From IMG/VR virus record IMGVR_UViG_3300028840_008160, positions 248,001 through 312,000 of that record: DNA of 64,000 bases; one strand, given 5' to 3'. The position numbers and the translations under genes are program-made. Position 1 is the stretch's first letter, and every line of letters starts with the position of its first letter. This document shows positions 1-9,373 of the stretch, one piece after another. The notes beneath the pieces were generated by a model that saw only the letters and a list, made by a program, of their open reading frames with translations, searched no databases and had not been told where the DNA came from.

Positions 1-1
1 T

Positions 2-679
2 AATGTTAATAAGACTATTTATCGTGATTTGCCAGATTACAAAGTACCTTTAACAGTTAATGGTTTAGAGCAAGCTAAATGTGCCGGACAACAAATTGAT
101 AAGTTTGTAGCTAAGAATAATGAGATGTATGAACTGCCGTTTCCTGGCTGTATGGCTAGAATATATTGTTCTCCATGGTATCGCACAAGACAAACAGCAG
201 ATGCTATTATTAGTCAACTGACATTTGATATTGAGTATAGAGAAGATCCTCGATTACGAGAACAAGAATGGGGCAATTATCAAATTGCTGAAATTGCTGA
301 AAAGATTAAAAATGAACGATATAAATTTGGCACATTTTTTTATCGGATGCCAGACGGAGAATCTGGTGCAGATGTTTTTGATAGAGTGTCAGATTTTTTA
401 GATACACTACATCGTGATTTTCAAAATTCAAATATGCAACCGCATGTAATAATTGTTACACACGGTTTAACGTTACGATTGTTTTTAATGCGTTGGTTTC
501 ATTGGACAGTTGAAGAATTTGAGAGTTTAGAAAACCCTGATAATTGTCAGATTATAAATTTGAAGTTTAATGCAGATAAAGATAAGTATTATTTGGATTC
601 TGAATTAATAACAGTTAATGGTCAAACTTTTCAAGGACCAAAAGACAATGAACGCCGAATCATTCGTAGATCTAATTAA
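2..679 (+). CDS. Histidine phosphatase (phosphoglycerate mutase-like), 5' end outside the window
   Basis: Frame is open from position 2 (NVNKTIYRDLPDYKVPLT); motifs YCSPWYRTRQTA, EDPRLREQEWG, VTHG. The RHG motif would lie upstream. Confidence 0.85.
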   Translation, partial: NVNKTIYRDLPDYKVPLTVNGLEQAKCAGQQIDKFVAKNNEMYELPFPGCMARIYCSPWYRTRQTADAIISQLTFDIEYREDPRLREQEWGNYQIAEIAEKIKNERYKFGTFFYRMPDGESGADVFDRVSDFLDTLHRDFQNSNMQPHVIIVTHGLTLRLFLMRWFHWTVEEFESLENPDNCQIINLKFNADKDKYYLDSELITVNGQTFQGPKDNERRIIRRSN

Positions 680-1301
680 AACAATTAATGGGTCTAACAC
701 CAATCAGAACATATTATGTCTTCATATGTTTAAAACAATTATTGAATCATATGCAGAACCTCATAGGTTCTATCATACATGGACACATATTGTACATGGT
801 TTAAATGAAATGATTGAAGAGATTAATGCTGATAACATTAATCTTCTTCGTCTAGCATATATGTATCACGATATTGTGTACATACCGTGCTATGAATATA
901 ATGAAGAAGCAAGTGCAGCAAAATTATGGGTTGACGGACATCATTTAGGTATTGACACAAAAACTTTGTATGTTTTACGAGATCTGATATTAGTAACTGA
1001 TCATAAAAGTCCTGCTAAATTTCGAGATCACAGACTTATTGCAGATGTAGATTTAACAATTTTTGGTCAGGATTATGATACAATAAAAGAGTATAATAAT
1101 GATATTCGAAAAGAATATTTTTGGCTGCCTGACATGACATATTTGCTGGCACGAATCAAGATATTAAGTCGCTTTGTTAAGAAAGATAATATTTTTTATA
1201 CGCAATATTTTAGAACAAAATATGAAGAAATTGCAAGAAATAATTTACATCGTTTAATTGGTTCACTTCAAAGTGATTTATTAGCTGTTCCTCGGTGTTA
1301 A
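648..1301 (+). CDS. HD-superfamily metal-dependent phosphohydrolase (COG4339-like)
   Basis: YAEPHRFYHTWTHI, YHDIVY, NEEASA, DVDLTIFG. Confidence 0.75.
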   Translation: MNAESFVDLIKTINGSNTNQNILCLHMFKTIIESYAEPHRFYHTWTHIVHGLNEMIEEINADNINLLRLAYMYHDIVYIPCYEYNEEASAAKLWVDGHHLGIDTKTLYVLRDLILVTDHKSPAKFRDHRLIADVDLTIFGQDYDTIKEYNNDIRKEYFWLPDMTYLLARIKILSRFVKKDNIFYTQYFRTKYEEIARNNLHRLIGSLQSDLLAVPRC

Positions 1302-1302
1302 T

Positions 1303-2055
1303 GTGGATATTCAATTAAGTAAAACAATTTCTTATGTCTTGAGACATGGCCCTCACGAGTTTGGTGTTGAACTTGATGATGAAGGTTGGGTAGAACTTGA
1401 TAAATTGTATACAGCATTAGCTAAGCATAGTCGTTTCAAGACTGTCACTGTTCAAGATATTGAAACAATTATTCGTGAATCAAATAAACAACGATTTGAA
1501 TTGAAAAACAACAAAATTCGTGCATTTTATGGCCATTCAATCAAAAAGAAAATACATCGGTCTTCAGTTGTTCCACCCAGCATACTATATCATGGTACAT
1601 CACCAGAAGCAGCAAAGTTAATTTTTGAAAAAGGGCAAGGATTATTGCCTATGGGTCGTCAGCATGTCCATTTAGCATCGACGATCAAGACTGCTATTAT
1701 AACAGGACGAAGAAAAGCAAGAAAGCCTGTGATATTAATTGTTGATGTAGTTGCTGCTCTTGGACATGTCAAATTTTATGCTGGAAATGAAGATATTTGG
1801 TTGGCAGAACCTGTACAAGTTGAGTTTTTGTCAAGATTCGAACCAAGTAAAGTTGTTGTGTCCGAGGGTATTGGTGGTACATGGCACTATCATTTAAGTT
1901 TTGAAAACAGCATTGCTACATCACTGTGCAGTAAACAGACGATGGCTTCGAATTTGTCTAGGAATTCATGGGGAATTAAATCTCACCTTAATGAGCGATA
2001 CTGCAATGAGTGTATAAGCATAGAGCAAAGTGTCATCTCTTTTATAAATTCGTAA
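1303..2055 (+). CDS. kptA: RNA 2'-phosphotransferase (Tpt1/KptA) with a C-terminal Cys/His extension
   Basis: LSKTISYVLRH, IRAFYGHS, LYHGT, PMGRQHVHL. Confidence 0.9.
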   Translation: MDIQLSKTISYVLRHGPHEFGVELDDEGWVELDKLYTALAKHSRFKTVTVQDIETIIRESNKQRFELKNNKIRAFYGHSIKKKIHRSSVVPPSILYHGTSPEAAKLIFEKGQGLLPMGRQHVHLASTIKTAIITGRRKARKPVILIVDVVAALGHVKFYAGNEDIWLAEPVQVEFLSRFEPSKVVVSEGIGGTWHYHLSFENSIATSLCSKQTMASNLSRNSWGIKSHLNERYCNECISIEQSVISFINS

Positions 2056-2072
2056 TACTAAAGGAGATTTCT

Positions 2073-2978
2073 ATGCGACATGCACAAATTCAGCAAGAAT
2101 TTTTGAAATACGCAAAGACATATCGGTTGCATCGTGCAATTGGGTCGACAGCAATGCACGTTTTTCCTTTTGGTTTAGGAGGACAAGCTCTTCTAGAGAC
2201 TGAAGAAAAAGAAGCAGAAGTGATTAGTCTGGTACGTAAGGCTTTAGATTTGGGCGTGAATTATTTTGATACTGCTCCAATGTACGGGCCGAGCAGATAT
2301 TATTTAGGAAAAGCTTTAGGTGTTGACAGAGAATATGTAATACTTGCAAGTAAAGTTTATGAGCGAAGTTATACAGGTGCAAAGAAAGAATTAGATGAAT
2401 CATTTGATTTACTTAAGACTGACTTTATTAATTTAGTTCAATTACATGGAATGGAAAAAGAATCCGACAAACGAGCTTTGCAAAAGAATGGTTCATTACA
2501 ATTATTACTTGATGCACAACGTGCAGGAAAGATTGAATATATTGGTGTGACTGGGCATCACAATTCAAGAATTCTCATTGATTGTTTAGACGCATATGAT
2601 TTTGATACTGTTTTGTTACCCATAAATCCAGCAACACCCGAATTTGACAGTGTGCTTGATATATGTATAGCTAGACATATTGGAATAATTGGAATGAAAG
2701 TTATGTCAAGAGGCATTTTGCCATTGCACATACCTTATGAGAAAATCTTGGCAAATGCATATGACAAATGCGATGTAGCTATTATTGGATGCAGTAGTAA
2801 CCGAGATGTCGAACGTAATGTAGCTGCTACGATGAATCATTTTAAAGTTGACATAAGTGATATGAGTATGTCGGATGAAGTTAGACAAGAAGCTGCATTC
2901 TTTTCAGAGCATTCAAACGCTAGATGGCCAAAAACATATCAACCAAATTTGCCGACGATAGATTTTGAAGATGAATAA
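2073..2978 (+). CDS. Aldo/keto reductase carrying the shared N-terminal leader
   Basis: SD AAGGAG at 2061-2066 favours ATG 2073 ([15 protein letters not shown]); [35 protein letters not shown]. Confidence 0.85.
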   Translation: MRHAQIQQEFLKYAKTYRLHRAIGSTAMHVFPFGLGGQALLETEEKEAEVISLVRKALDLGVNYFDTAPMYGPSRYYLGKALGVDREYVILASKVYERSYTGAKKELDESFDLLKTDFINLVQLHGMEKESDKRALQKNGSLQLLLDAQRAGKIEYIGVTGHHNSRILIDCLDAYDFDTVLLPINPATPEFDSVLDICIARHIGIIGMKVMSRGILPLHIPYEKILANAYDKCDVAIIGCSSNRDVERNVAATMNHFKVDISDMSMSDEVRQEAAFFSEHSNARWPKTYQPNLPTIDFEDE

Positions 2979-3189
2979 TGTTCAACTATTAGAAGTCGTA
3001 GATCCAGAATTAGCAGGATATATTCAACAAATTGCTCAGGGAAAACTTAAAGCTGTAGTTCAAGATACTGAAGTTTATGCTAAAACGCCTTTTCAAGGAC
3101 TAATTCGAATAAATCTCGACGTTGGTCGTAACGACCCGTGCATATGTGGGTCTGGCAAAAAATTTAAGAAGTGTTGTGGAAAATCATGA
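2971..3189 (+). CDS. SEC-C metal-binding motif protein
   Basis: [20 protein letters not shown]. Confidence 0.85.
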   Translation: MNNVQLLEVVDPELAGYIQQIAQGKLKAVVQDTEVYAKTPFQGLIRINLDVGRNDPCICGSGKKFKKCCGKS

Positions 3190-3265
3190 TGGTGTCGGAT
3201 CTATTTACTATGCTTTGCAGGTGAAGGTAGTAATCACGAGCCGGCATCGACGTTCGCCTGCCCTT

Positions 3266-3299
3266 GGGGAGTTTACTGCAGTAGACTCCCCTTTACTTT
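3266..3299 (+). terminator. Intrinsic terminator
   Basis: GGGGAGTTTAC-tgca-GTAGACTCCCC (11 bp, one G-U) then tttacttt. Confidence 0.7.
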
Positions 3300-3344
3300 G
3301 ACAAAAAACTTGACTATTTAGATGTATTATTTCAAGGATAATAT

Positions 3345-4925
3345 ATGGACATAGAAATTGTTAGGGCATTGCATGAGTTGCACGATTTTGTCAACGAAAA
3401 CACTTCTCAATACTATCATACAAAGCCGCTAGTTTCGTCATCTTCGTCAATCGTTTTACCAACTGCTGTTCATTCGTTTGATGTAGTTTATGGATTGAAA
3501 GATTTGCTTCTTATAGGAGCGATTACTGAAAGTCCAGTGTTAATGACTGGCGGGACTGACCTTGGTAAAACTACATTAGCAAAACTTATGATGAATAGTT
3601 TGTTTGGTAATGATTGGCACAGACTTGATTTTGATCTTGATTTTGGTAAAGATGCATATACAGACATAAGTAGTGATTTCTTTCATGAGAAAGGTAAACG
3701 ATTGTCTGATCTTTACAGTTTACATGATTGGATGCGTTTACCGGGATTTATTGCTGATGAATTGAATGGTGCACATGCTAAGGTTGCAAGAAAAGCGTTA
3801 CATATTATTAAGGAAAAAGACATTACATTGCCAGATGGTAGACGTGCAAAAATAGGACACCCGTTAGATGATTCAGGAAACACATATCAATATCAAATTG
3901 CAACAATAAATGAGGGTAAAGATTATTCTGGTACATTTGATATGGATAAAGCACTGCGCCGGCGTACGACAATAGAAATTCCAATGGATATTTTTAAGCC
4001 AACGCCATTAGATAGATTACTTTTACAAAGGTCAAAGCAAACTGACGTGCAATTTTCAAATTTAGAAAATCATTTGTCAATGGTATTGCATATTCATAGA
4101 CATCTCAATCAATTAAATGTTCATCCAGTAGCAGAGATGTTCCTTGCTTATCTTGAGTCATTTGATTATTGCAAACATTCATTAACCCATGAAAAGTGCA
4201 GTGTAGAATCTAAGAATGGTTCAATTCAACACGTATGCACGCAACCAATTAGAATAGGAGAAACTGCAGCAACTGCAGCTGAACCTATTGGTTGTTTGTT
4301 TATGCGATTATTTGTTAATGAAATGTGTCCAAATGTCAGTGGTATAACTCCCGGTATATCAACTAATCTTGTCGCTGTTGCCCGTGCTTTCGCGCTATTA
4401 AGAGCAGTAAAATTTGTTGAATTAGTTTCTGGTTTTTGTCAAGGACAATTTGAACATCTTCTTAGTTATAAATTGAACAGACATGAATTATTTCGGTCGT
4501 CAATGCAAAAGTATATTGGCGATTATAATATTGATGATAAGCAATTAGCTAAGTTAGTTGTAACAAAATACATAAGTAAACTTGAAGTTGAACAATGCGA
4601 CATTTTGGCTGCAGCACCATTTGTTGCATATTCAAAATTGAATATTAGTTCTATATGGATTCTTAAGCATTATCAAGGAAATAGATTCGGATCTGTAAGT
4701 ACATTTATCAACGAAGCAAATATTAAGTTCAAAGAAGGGTTGTCTAGACCAGAATTTGAACAAATGGAAACTATGATAAAAGGAAATGTATCTAATGAAA
4801 ACATTAGCGAGTTAAAAGCATATTGCGATTCAAGTAATCCGTGGTTATGGCTTGTTATTTCTCCGTATTTGTCAAAATCAAAACCGTTAGATAACGATCA
4901 CATCAAAGCGCTATATGAATCATGA
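3345..4925 (+). CDS. MoxR-like AAA+ ATPase
   Basis: Walker A GGTDLGKTT, Walker B FIADELN, sensor IATINEG, DKALRRR, lid-like VARAFALLR; Cys-rich insert. Confidence 0.75.
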   Translation: MDIEIVRALHELHDFVNENTSQYYHTKPLVSSSSSIVLPTAVHSFDVVYGLKDLLLIGAITESPVLMTGGTDLGKTTLAKLMMNSLFGNDWHRLDFDLDFGKDAYTDISSDFFHEKGKRLSDLYSLHDWMRLPGFIADELNGAHAKVARKALHIIKEKDITLPDGRRAKIGHPLDDSGNTYQYQIATINEGKDYSGTFDMDKALRRRTTIEIPMDIFKPTPLDRLLLQRSKQTDVQFSNLENHLSMVLHIHRHLNQLNVHPVAEMFLAYLESFDYCKHSLTHEKCSVESKNGSIQHVCTQPIRIGETAATAAEPIGCLFMRLFVNEMCPNVSGITPGISTNLVAVARAFALLRAVKFVELVSGFCQGQFEHLLSYKLNRHELFRSSMQKYIGDYNIDDKQLAKLVVTKYISKLEVEQCDILAAAPFVAYSKLNISSIWILKHYQGNRFGSVSTFINEANIKFKEGLSRPEFEQMETMIKGNVSNENISELKAYCDSSNPWLWLVISPYLSKSKPLDNDHIKALYES

Positions 4926-5770
4926 TCAGTCACGATTTTTCAAGAATCAGAGAAGTTTTTCTCGATGAAGTTGGTGATGCAATTGATGACGTTCGCTTTG
5001 AGAACTTCATTAAGCATGCACTTAAGAGCTTTGCAGATAGATATTTGAGAAGCAGGAGCGTTGTTCATCCGCATAGCATATCTTACCGTAATTCTTCAGC
5101 ATCATTATCATTGACAGTTTTTGGTAGCAATGGACAACCTAATATGAGTAGGTGTCGATTTCAAGGTTTTTTCCATGGATGTACTGATGATGTTGTCAAG
5201 CAAATGCCTGAAGCTATTACTGTAGCTGAGTTTGATGAGGAAGCTAACATCAGCAACTTGACACAATTTTTGCAAAAGCATTTAGTGGAATCTGAAGAGA
5301 GAGATGTAACAATTGGTTTGTTAAATGTTCAAAGATCACAAAGACAGCTGAAGAAATTGACATTGCACCCGTTGACGTTAAACATTTGCAAACATATTGT
5401 AGATGAGAAGAAGCGACATAAATTTATGCATGAACGACATCTCGAGCGATCAGTGTCAAGGTTGTTATTTCATGAAGCAACGAAGCTATCACTTAAGCAG
5501 TCTCGTTATGATGATGATAGTATAAGGTCTCAAATACGGTCAGATGATAGGGGTCAATTAGTTCATGAATCATGCATACTTATAAGAAAAAGTAGTGGTT
5601 ACTATTTTTTGGAATATGAAGTACAATCTGCTTCTGAGATAAGATCACTAACAGCAACGACGATGAAAAACGCTATGCACTTTTTCAGCATGGTTCAAAA
5701 CAGTTTTTCATTGGATATGTTAGGTACTATTCAAATGATTGACAGCACTAGGAAAGCAGTCAATGACTGA
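4922..5770 (+). CDS. Hypothetical protein in the AAA-vWA-GHKL operon
   Basis: 282-aa ORF, ATGA overlap with the upstream gene; no motif recognised. Confidence 0.65.
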   Translation: MISHDFSRIREVFLDEVGDAIDDVRFENFIKHALKSFADRYLRSRSVVHPHSISYRNSSASLSLTVFGSNGQPNMSRCRFQGFFHGCTDDVVKQMPEAITVAEFDEEANISNLTQFLQKHLVESEERDVTIGLLNVQRSQRQLKKLTLHPLTLNICKHIVDEKKRHKFMHERHLERSVSRLLFHEATKLSLKQSRYDDDSIRSQIRSDDRGQLVHESCILIRKSSGYYFLEYEVQSASEIRSLTATTMKNAMHFFSMVQNSFSLDMLGTIQMIDSTRKAVND

Positions 5771-7715
5771 CTTAAAACAATTCGTCACGCAAAAATGTGT
5801 CGACTTAATCAAACAAAAAGGTTGGCGACCTTTTCGTGATATAAGTGTTAAGTTTGAAAAAGACACGCCTGCTATGTTTATGGCTGCCTTAGGTATTGCG
5901 ACAAGACGGATTCAGATTACTGTGTATGATGAATCTGACAAAATGATTGAACAGCTTATTAGTCGTTATAGGCTTGAAACTACAACTATGGCTTTAATTG
6001 AAGCAATACTATATTTTTGTGTCGTTCATGAGCATTCGCATCATACTTGTTGTCCAAGAACGAAGGAAAATTTCGAAGCAATTATTGAAGGTGCTTACGA
6101 AGTTGTTAGTACGAAAGAATGCAGGAAAGAACGAATAGAATATGCTTGTTTCAACATTCACAATATGTTTTCAGATACTATTTTGAACGTTGTAAACTCT
6201 CATACTGATACTGATAAGATGGAATATCGTCAAGGTCTTGTTGAAACTTATGACACTGATCTATATTTTTCGTTACAAAAACGCCGACCAACAATTTTGG
6301 GATTTAAAGTTCCTGAATTTATGGAGCCAAAACAAGACAAAGCCATGACGCTATTTCTGCAGTCAATTTTTTTGATGTGCATGGTTGATCATAAGGCTAT
6401 TAGTAGAGTACGACAGCATTTCCCGATAGTATTTCTTGGCAACCAAAGATATCTATATAAGTTGATAACTGTGTTTACTGACGATGAAGAATTAACAGAT
6501 CAATTCATCAATGGGAACGTTGATTCTGCTAAATTGCCAATGTTTTTAGATAGAATTCAAGATACTATGTTATGGAAGCCGATGACTGTTGAATATACTA
6601 AGATTATTTATCAGTTTATGCGTCAACGTTACGATCAATTGAGTAATTCATTCACCAAACCACAACAAGGATCTGGACCGGGACAAGGTGCATCTGGCGG
6701 TCAACAACCACAACAATCTTCAGGTGAAAATCAACAGCAAAGTCAAGCGCAGCGAGCAAAAGACCAAAAAAAGACGGACAAATCGGCAGGGCAAGATGAC
6801 AAGAAGAAAAAGATAGAGAAAGACAAAGATGACAAGAATTCAGTAAAAGACTTTCTTGAGAAATTAGAACAGCAATTGAAAGATCGATTGCCGACGCCGT
6901 CACCGTTGTTGTTGAAATTTCCGCACTTAGACGAACTATACAAGCGCAGAGCAGAAAAGATGATGCTTTCGGCTGAAGTTGGTAATGGGCCTAACCCAGA
7001 GTATGTGTATCACTCTGGAAAAGATCAAATGGCGTTGCAAGAATTTGAGTTCAAAAATGTTGACTGGTCATCAACTGTTGTTGTTGATAATCAAGTGACA
7101 TTATTCAAGCGCGACATGCCGTTTTCGTTGCCTTTTGAAGTCGATGCTAAAGAAGGTAGTTTGCCTGATTTAGCTTTTATATATGACAGTAGTATCAGTA
7201 TGAAATTTGACCCTATAGCAGGAACTGGTGAATATCATTATGCTGTATTAGCATTTTATTCGATCTTGGCTGGGCTTGAATCAAAAGCATTGGCATACTA
7301 TCTGAAATATTTAGCTATAAATTTTTCAGAACGAACAATTTCTTCAGATTGGCAGACTTACAGTCGAATTGATCTTGTTAAGAAGACAATATTTGATTAT
7401 CAACATAATTGCACGGTGCTAGATCCAAAAGCGTTGCGTCATTTGAGAGAGAATAGAAGTGACAATGTAATTGTTTTTATGCTGTCAGACACTGATTTTA
7501 ATTTTGAAGAAAACACTCAAGCATTATTGCAAGAGGTAGATGCAATGATTGGTTGTGGCGGCATTGGGTTGTATTTATTTCAGCTTGGTCCACCAACGAC
7601 ATTTTCAATTGGTATTGAACAACGAGGTTTGCCAGTTCAGTATATTACATCTGCGCAAGACTTCATGAATAAAAGTATACAGTTTACAAAAGATTTGTAT
7701 GGGGAAGTTGTTTAA
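5763..7715 (+). CDS. HExxH metallopeptidase-like N-domain, Q/G/K-rich linker and C-terminal vWA domain
   Basis: VVHEHSHH; linker PQQGSGPGQGASGGQQPQQ; MIDAS DLAFIYDSSISM and VFMLSDTD. Confidence 0.72.
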   Translation: MTDLKQFVTQKCVDLIKQKGWRPFRDISVKFEKDTPAMFMAALGIATRRIQITVYDESDKMIEQLISRYRLETTTMALIEAILYFCVVHEHSHHTCCPRTKENFEAIIEGAYEVVSTKECRKERIEYACFNIHNMFSDTILNVVNSHTDTDKMEYRQGLVETYDTDLYFSLQKRRPTILGFKVPEFMEPKQDKAMTLFLQSIFLMCMVDHKAISRVRQHFPIVFLGNQRYLYKLITVFTDDEELTDQFINGNVDSAKLPMFLDRIQDTMLWKPMTVEYTKIIYQFMRQRYDQLSNSFTKPQQGSGPGQGASGGQQPQQSSGENQQQSQAQRAKDQKKTDKSAGQDDKKKKIEKDKDDKNSVKDFLEKLEQQLKDRLPTPSPLLLKFPHLDELYKRRAEKMMLSAEVGNGPNPEYVYHSGKDQMALQEFEFKNVDWSSTVVVDNQVTLFKRDMPFSLPFEVDAKEGSLPDLAFIYDSSISMKFDPIAGTGEYHYAVLAFYSILAGLESKALAYYLKYLAINFSERTISSDWQTYSRIDLVKKTIFDYQHNCTVLDPKALRHLRENRSDNVIVFMLSDTDFNFEENTQALLQEVDAMIGCGGIGLYLFQLGPPTTFSIGIEQRGLPVQYITSAQDFMNKSIQFTKDLYGEVV

Positions 7716-9373
7716 TGAAAACATATGATATGCCATTGGTTGACTGGATTAGTGTCACTTTGCATAAAGATAGTCTGGCATTTGTACTCAATACTATTCG
7801 TTGCAATAAGCGATTGAAAAGTGATAATATGGAAAACTTCGAATCGAATAAACAATACATGGAGAAAATTCTACGTGAAGAAGTCATTAAGCAATTTAAT
7901 GACTCGAGACGACCGATTCTTGAAGTAATACTAAATTCTATAGATGCAAGACCAAAAACAGAACAGGAGTATGTTGTAAATGTTCAGATGACTAATAAGC
8001 AAGTTACTATAAATGATAATGGTGCAAGTTTGGATTTAGAACAAATTTTGAAGCTATTAATTATTCCATTTAATACAGAAAAAGATGGTATAGAAGAAAT
8101 TGGCAGGTTTGGTGTAGGTTTTCTGTCTAATTTTTACTATTGTGTGAATGATGTTAATGCTCGAATTGTCGTAAAAACAAAAACAAAGTCTGAGCAATAT
8201 CGCATAACATTCTATTGTGAGGATGAAACTGTTGCCGGTTTACGAATGAGACTGAAAAGACTTAGAGGCAAGGGACAAGAAGGAACGAATGTTGACATTC
8301 AATATTTAACATATGACAAGCACGATACATTTGGTTATTTAGAAAAGCATTTAGCTGATATTCCTTCATATATGGCAAAGGTTGTCATTAACAACTCACA
8401 AGTAAATGATAGAACTGAAAATAAATGGTTTGTTAAACCAGTCGAATTAGATATTCGTGGTAGGAAAATTAAACAAACAGTTGGATTACGTATTACAAAC
8501 GATCACAAAATTAGTTTGACATCACAAGGTGTTCTAGTCCAAACACGTTGCTATGAATCAGAATATGAATCAGAAGCATCAAATAAAACACAAACAGCTA
8601 ATATAGGTGCTACGATATCGTTTCCTGCCGCTGTCAAAGTCGTTGAAGGTCGTGATGAATTCAAACTTGATGACAATTTTACAAGGTGCGTTGCTGCTGT
8701 GTTTGAAGCATATGAAGCCTGCATAGTACAATCAAAATTGAATGATGATTTTGTATTTGACATGACAGGTTTGTTTCCTGAATTATTGGCAGCATTTTCA
8801 ATCACTAACATTCACATGATAGCTAATTTGGATGGTATTCGAACTGCATTATTAACGGACAAAAAATACGTACTTACTCGAAGACAGTATGCAATTTTGC
8901 AACCTTTTCTTGGTGAATCATTAGAAAGAGTAGCATTTCGCGCAACAGCTCAAGCATGTAGTTTTTGGATCGAACTATATGAATCAAAGGATGAGTTGAT
9001 GGAAGATTTGTTGACTCCAGTTAACATTTTGTCTAATGGTGTGCTTTTTCATAGTTCTTTGGCTATGCGAAATTTAGTAACACTATCGCAAATACTGGCA
9101 GACATTAAAGAATTTGTGAATGTTTACTTAGTTAACGTGACACCTCATGGTGAAAATCCTATAATGATATTGCCCAAAACTGAAATTGATGAAGCTCGTG
9201 TGTATATTAATTTGTCTCACCCTACGATTATCAATACTCATAAACTTAATGAGTATCAAATCATATGTGATTATTTCTATTTGCCGTTTATACAATCATT
9301 ACATGAGAAAATCACATCACATGATGATGCTGAAAATGAAGCTGTTACATATATCCCAAAGGTTGTTGCTTGA
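7715..9373 (+). CDS. GHKL (Hsp90/MutL/MORC-like) ATPase, soluble
   Basis: ILEVILNSIDA, INDNG, EIGRFGVGF, GTNV. Confidence 0.8.
   Translation: MKTYDMPLVDWISVTLHKDSLAFVLNTIRCNKRLKSDNMENFESNKQYMEKILREEVIKQFNDSRRPILEVILNSIDARPKTEQEYVVNVQMTNKQVTINDNGASLDLEQILKLLIIPFNTEKDGIEEIGRFGVGFLSNFYYCVNDVNARIVVKTKTKSEQYRITFYCEDETVAGLRMRLKRLRGKGQEGTNVDIQYLTYDKHDTFGYLEKHLADIPSYMAKVVINNSQVNDRTENKWFVKPVELDIRGRKIKQTVGLRITNDHKISLTSQGVLVQTRCYESEYESEASNKTQTANIGATISFPAAVKVVEGRDEFKLDDNFTRCVAAVFEAYEACIVQSKLNDDFVFDMTGLFPELLAAFSITNIHMIANLDGIRTALLTDKKYVLTRRQYAILQPFLGESLERVAFRATAQACSFWIELYESKDELMEDLLTPVNILSNGVLFHSSLAMRNLVTLSQILADIKEFVNVYLVNVTPHGENPIMILPKTEIDEARVYINLSHPTIINTHKLNEYQIICDYFYLPFIQSLHEKITSHDDAENEAVTYIPKVVA

Noticed and set aside
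2010-2072. Extended N-terminus of the aldo/keto reductase
   Set aside because: It overlaps kptA; the SD and leader point to ATG 2073.
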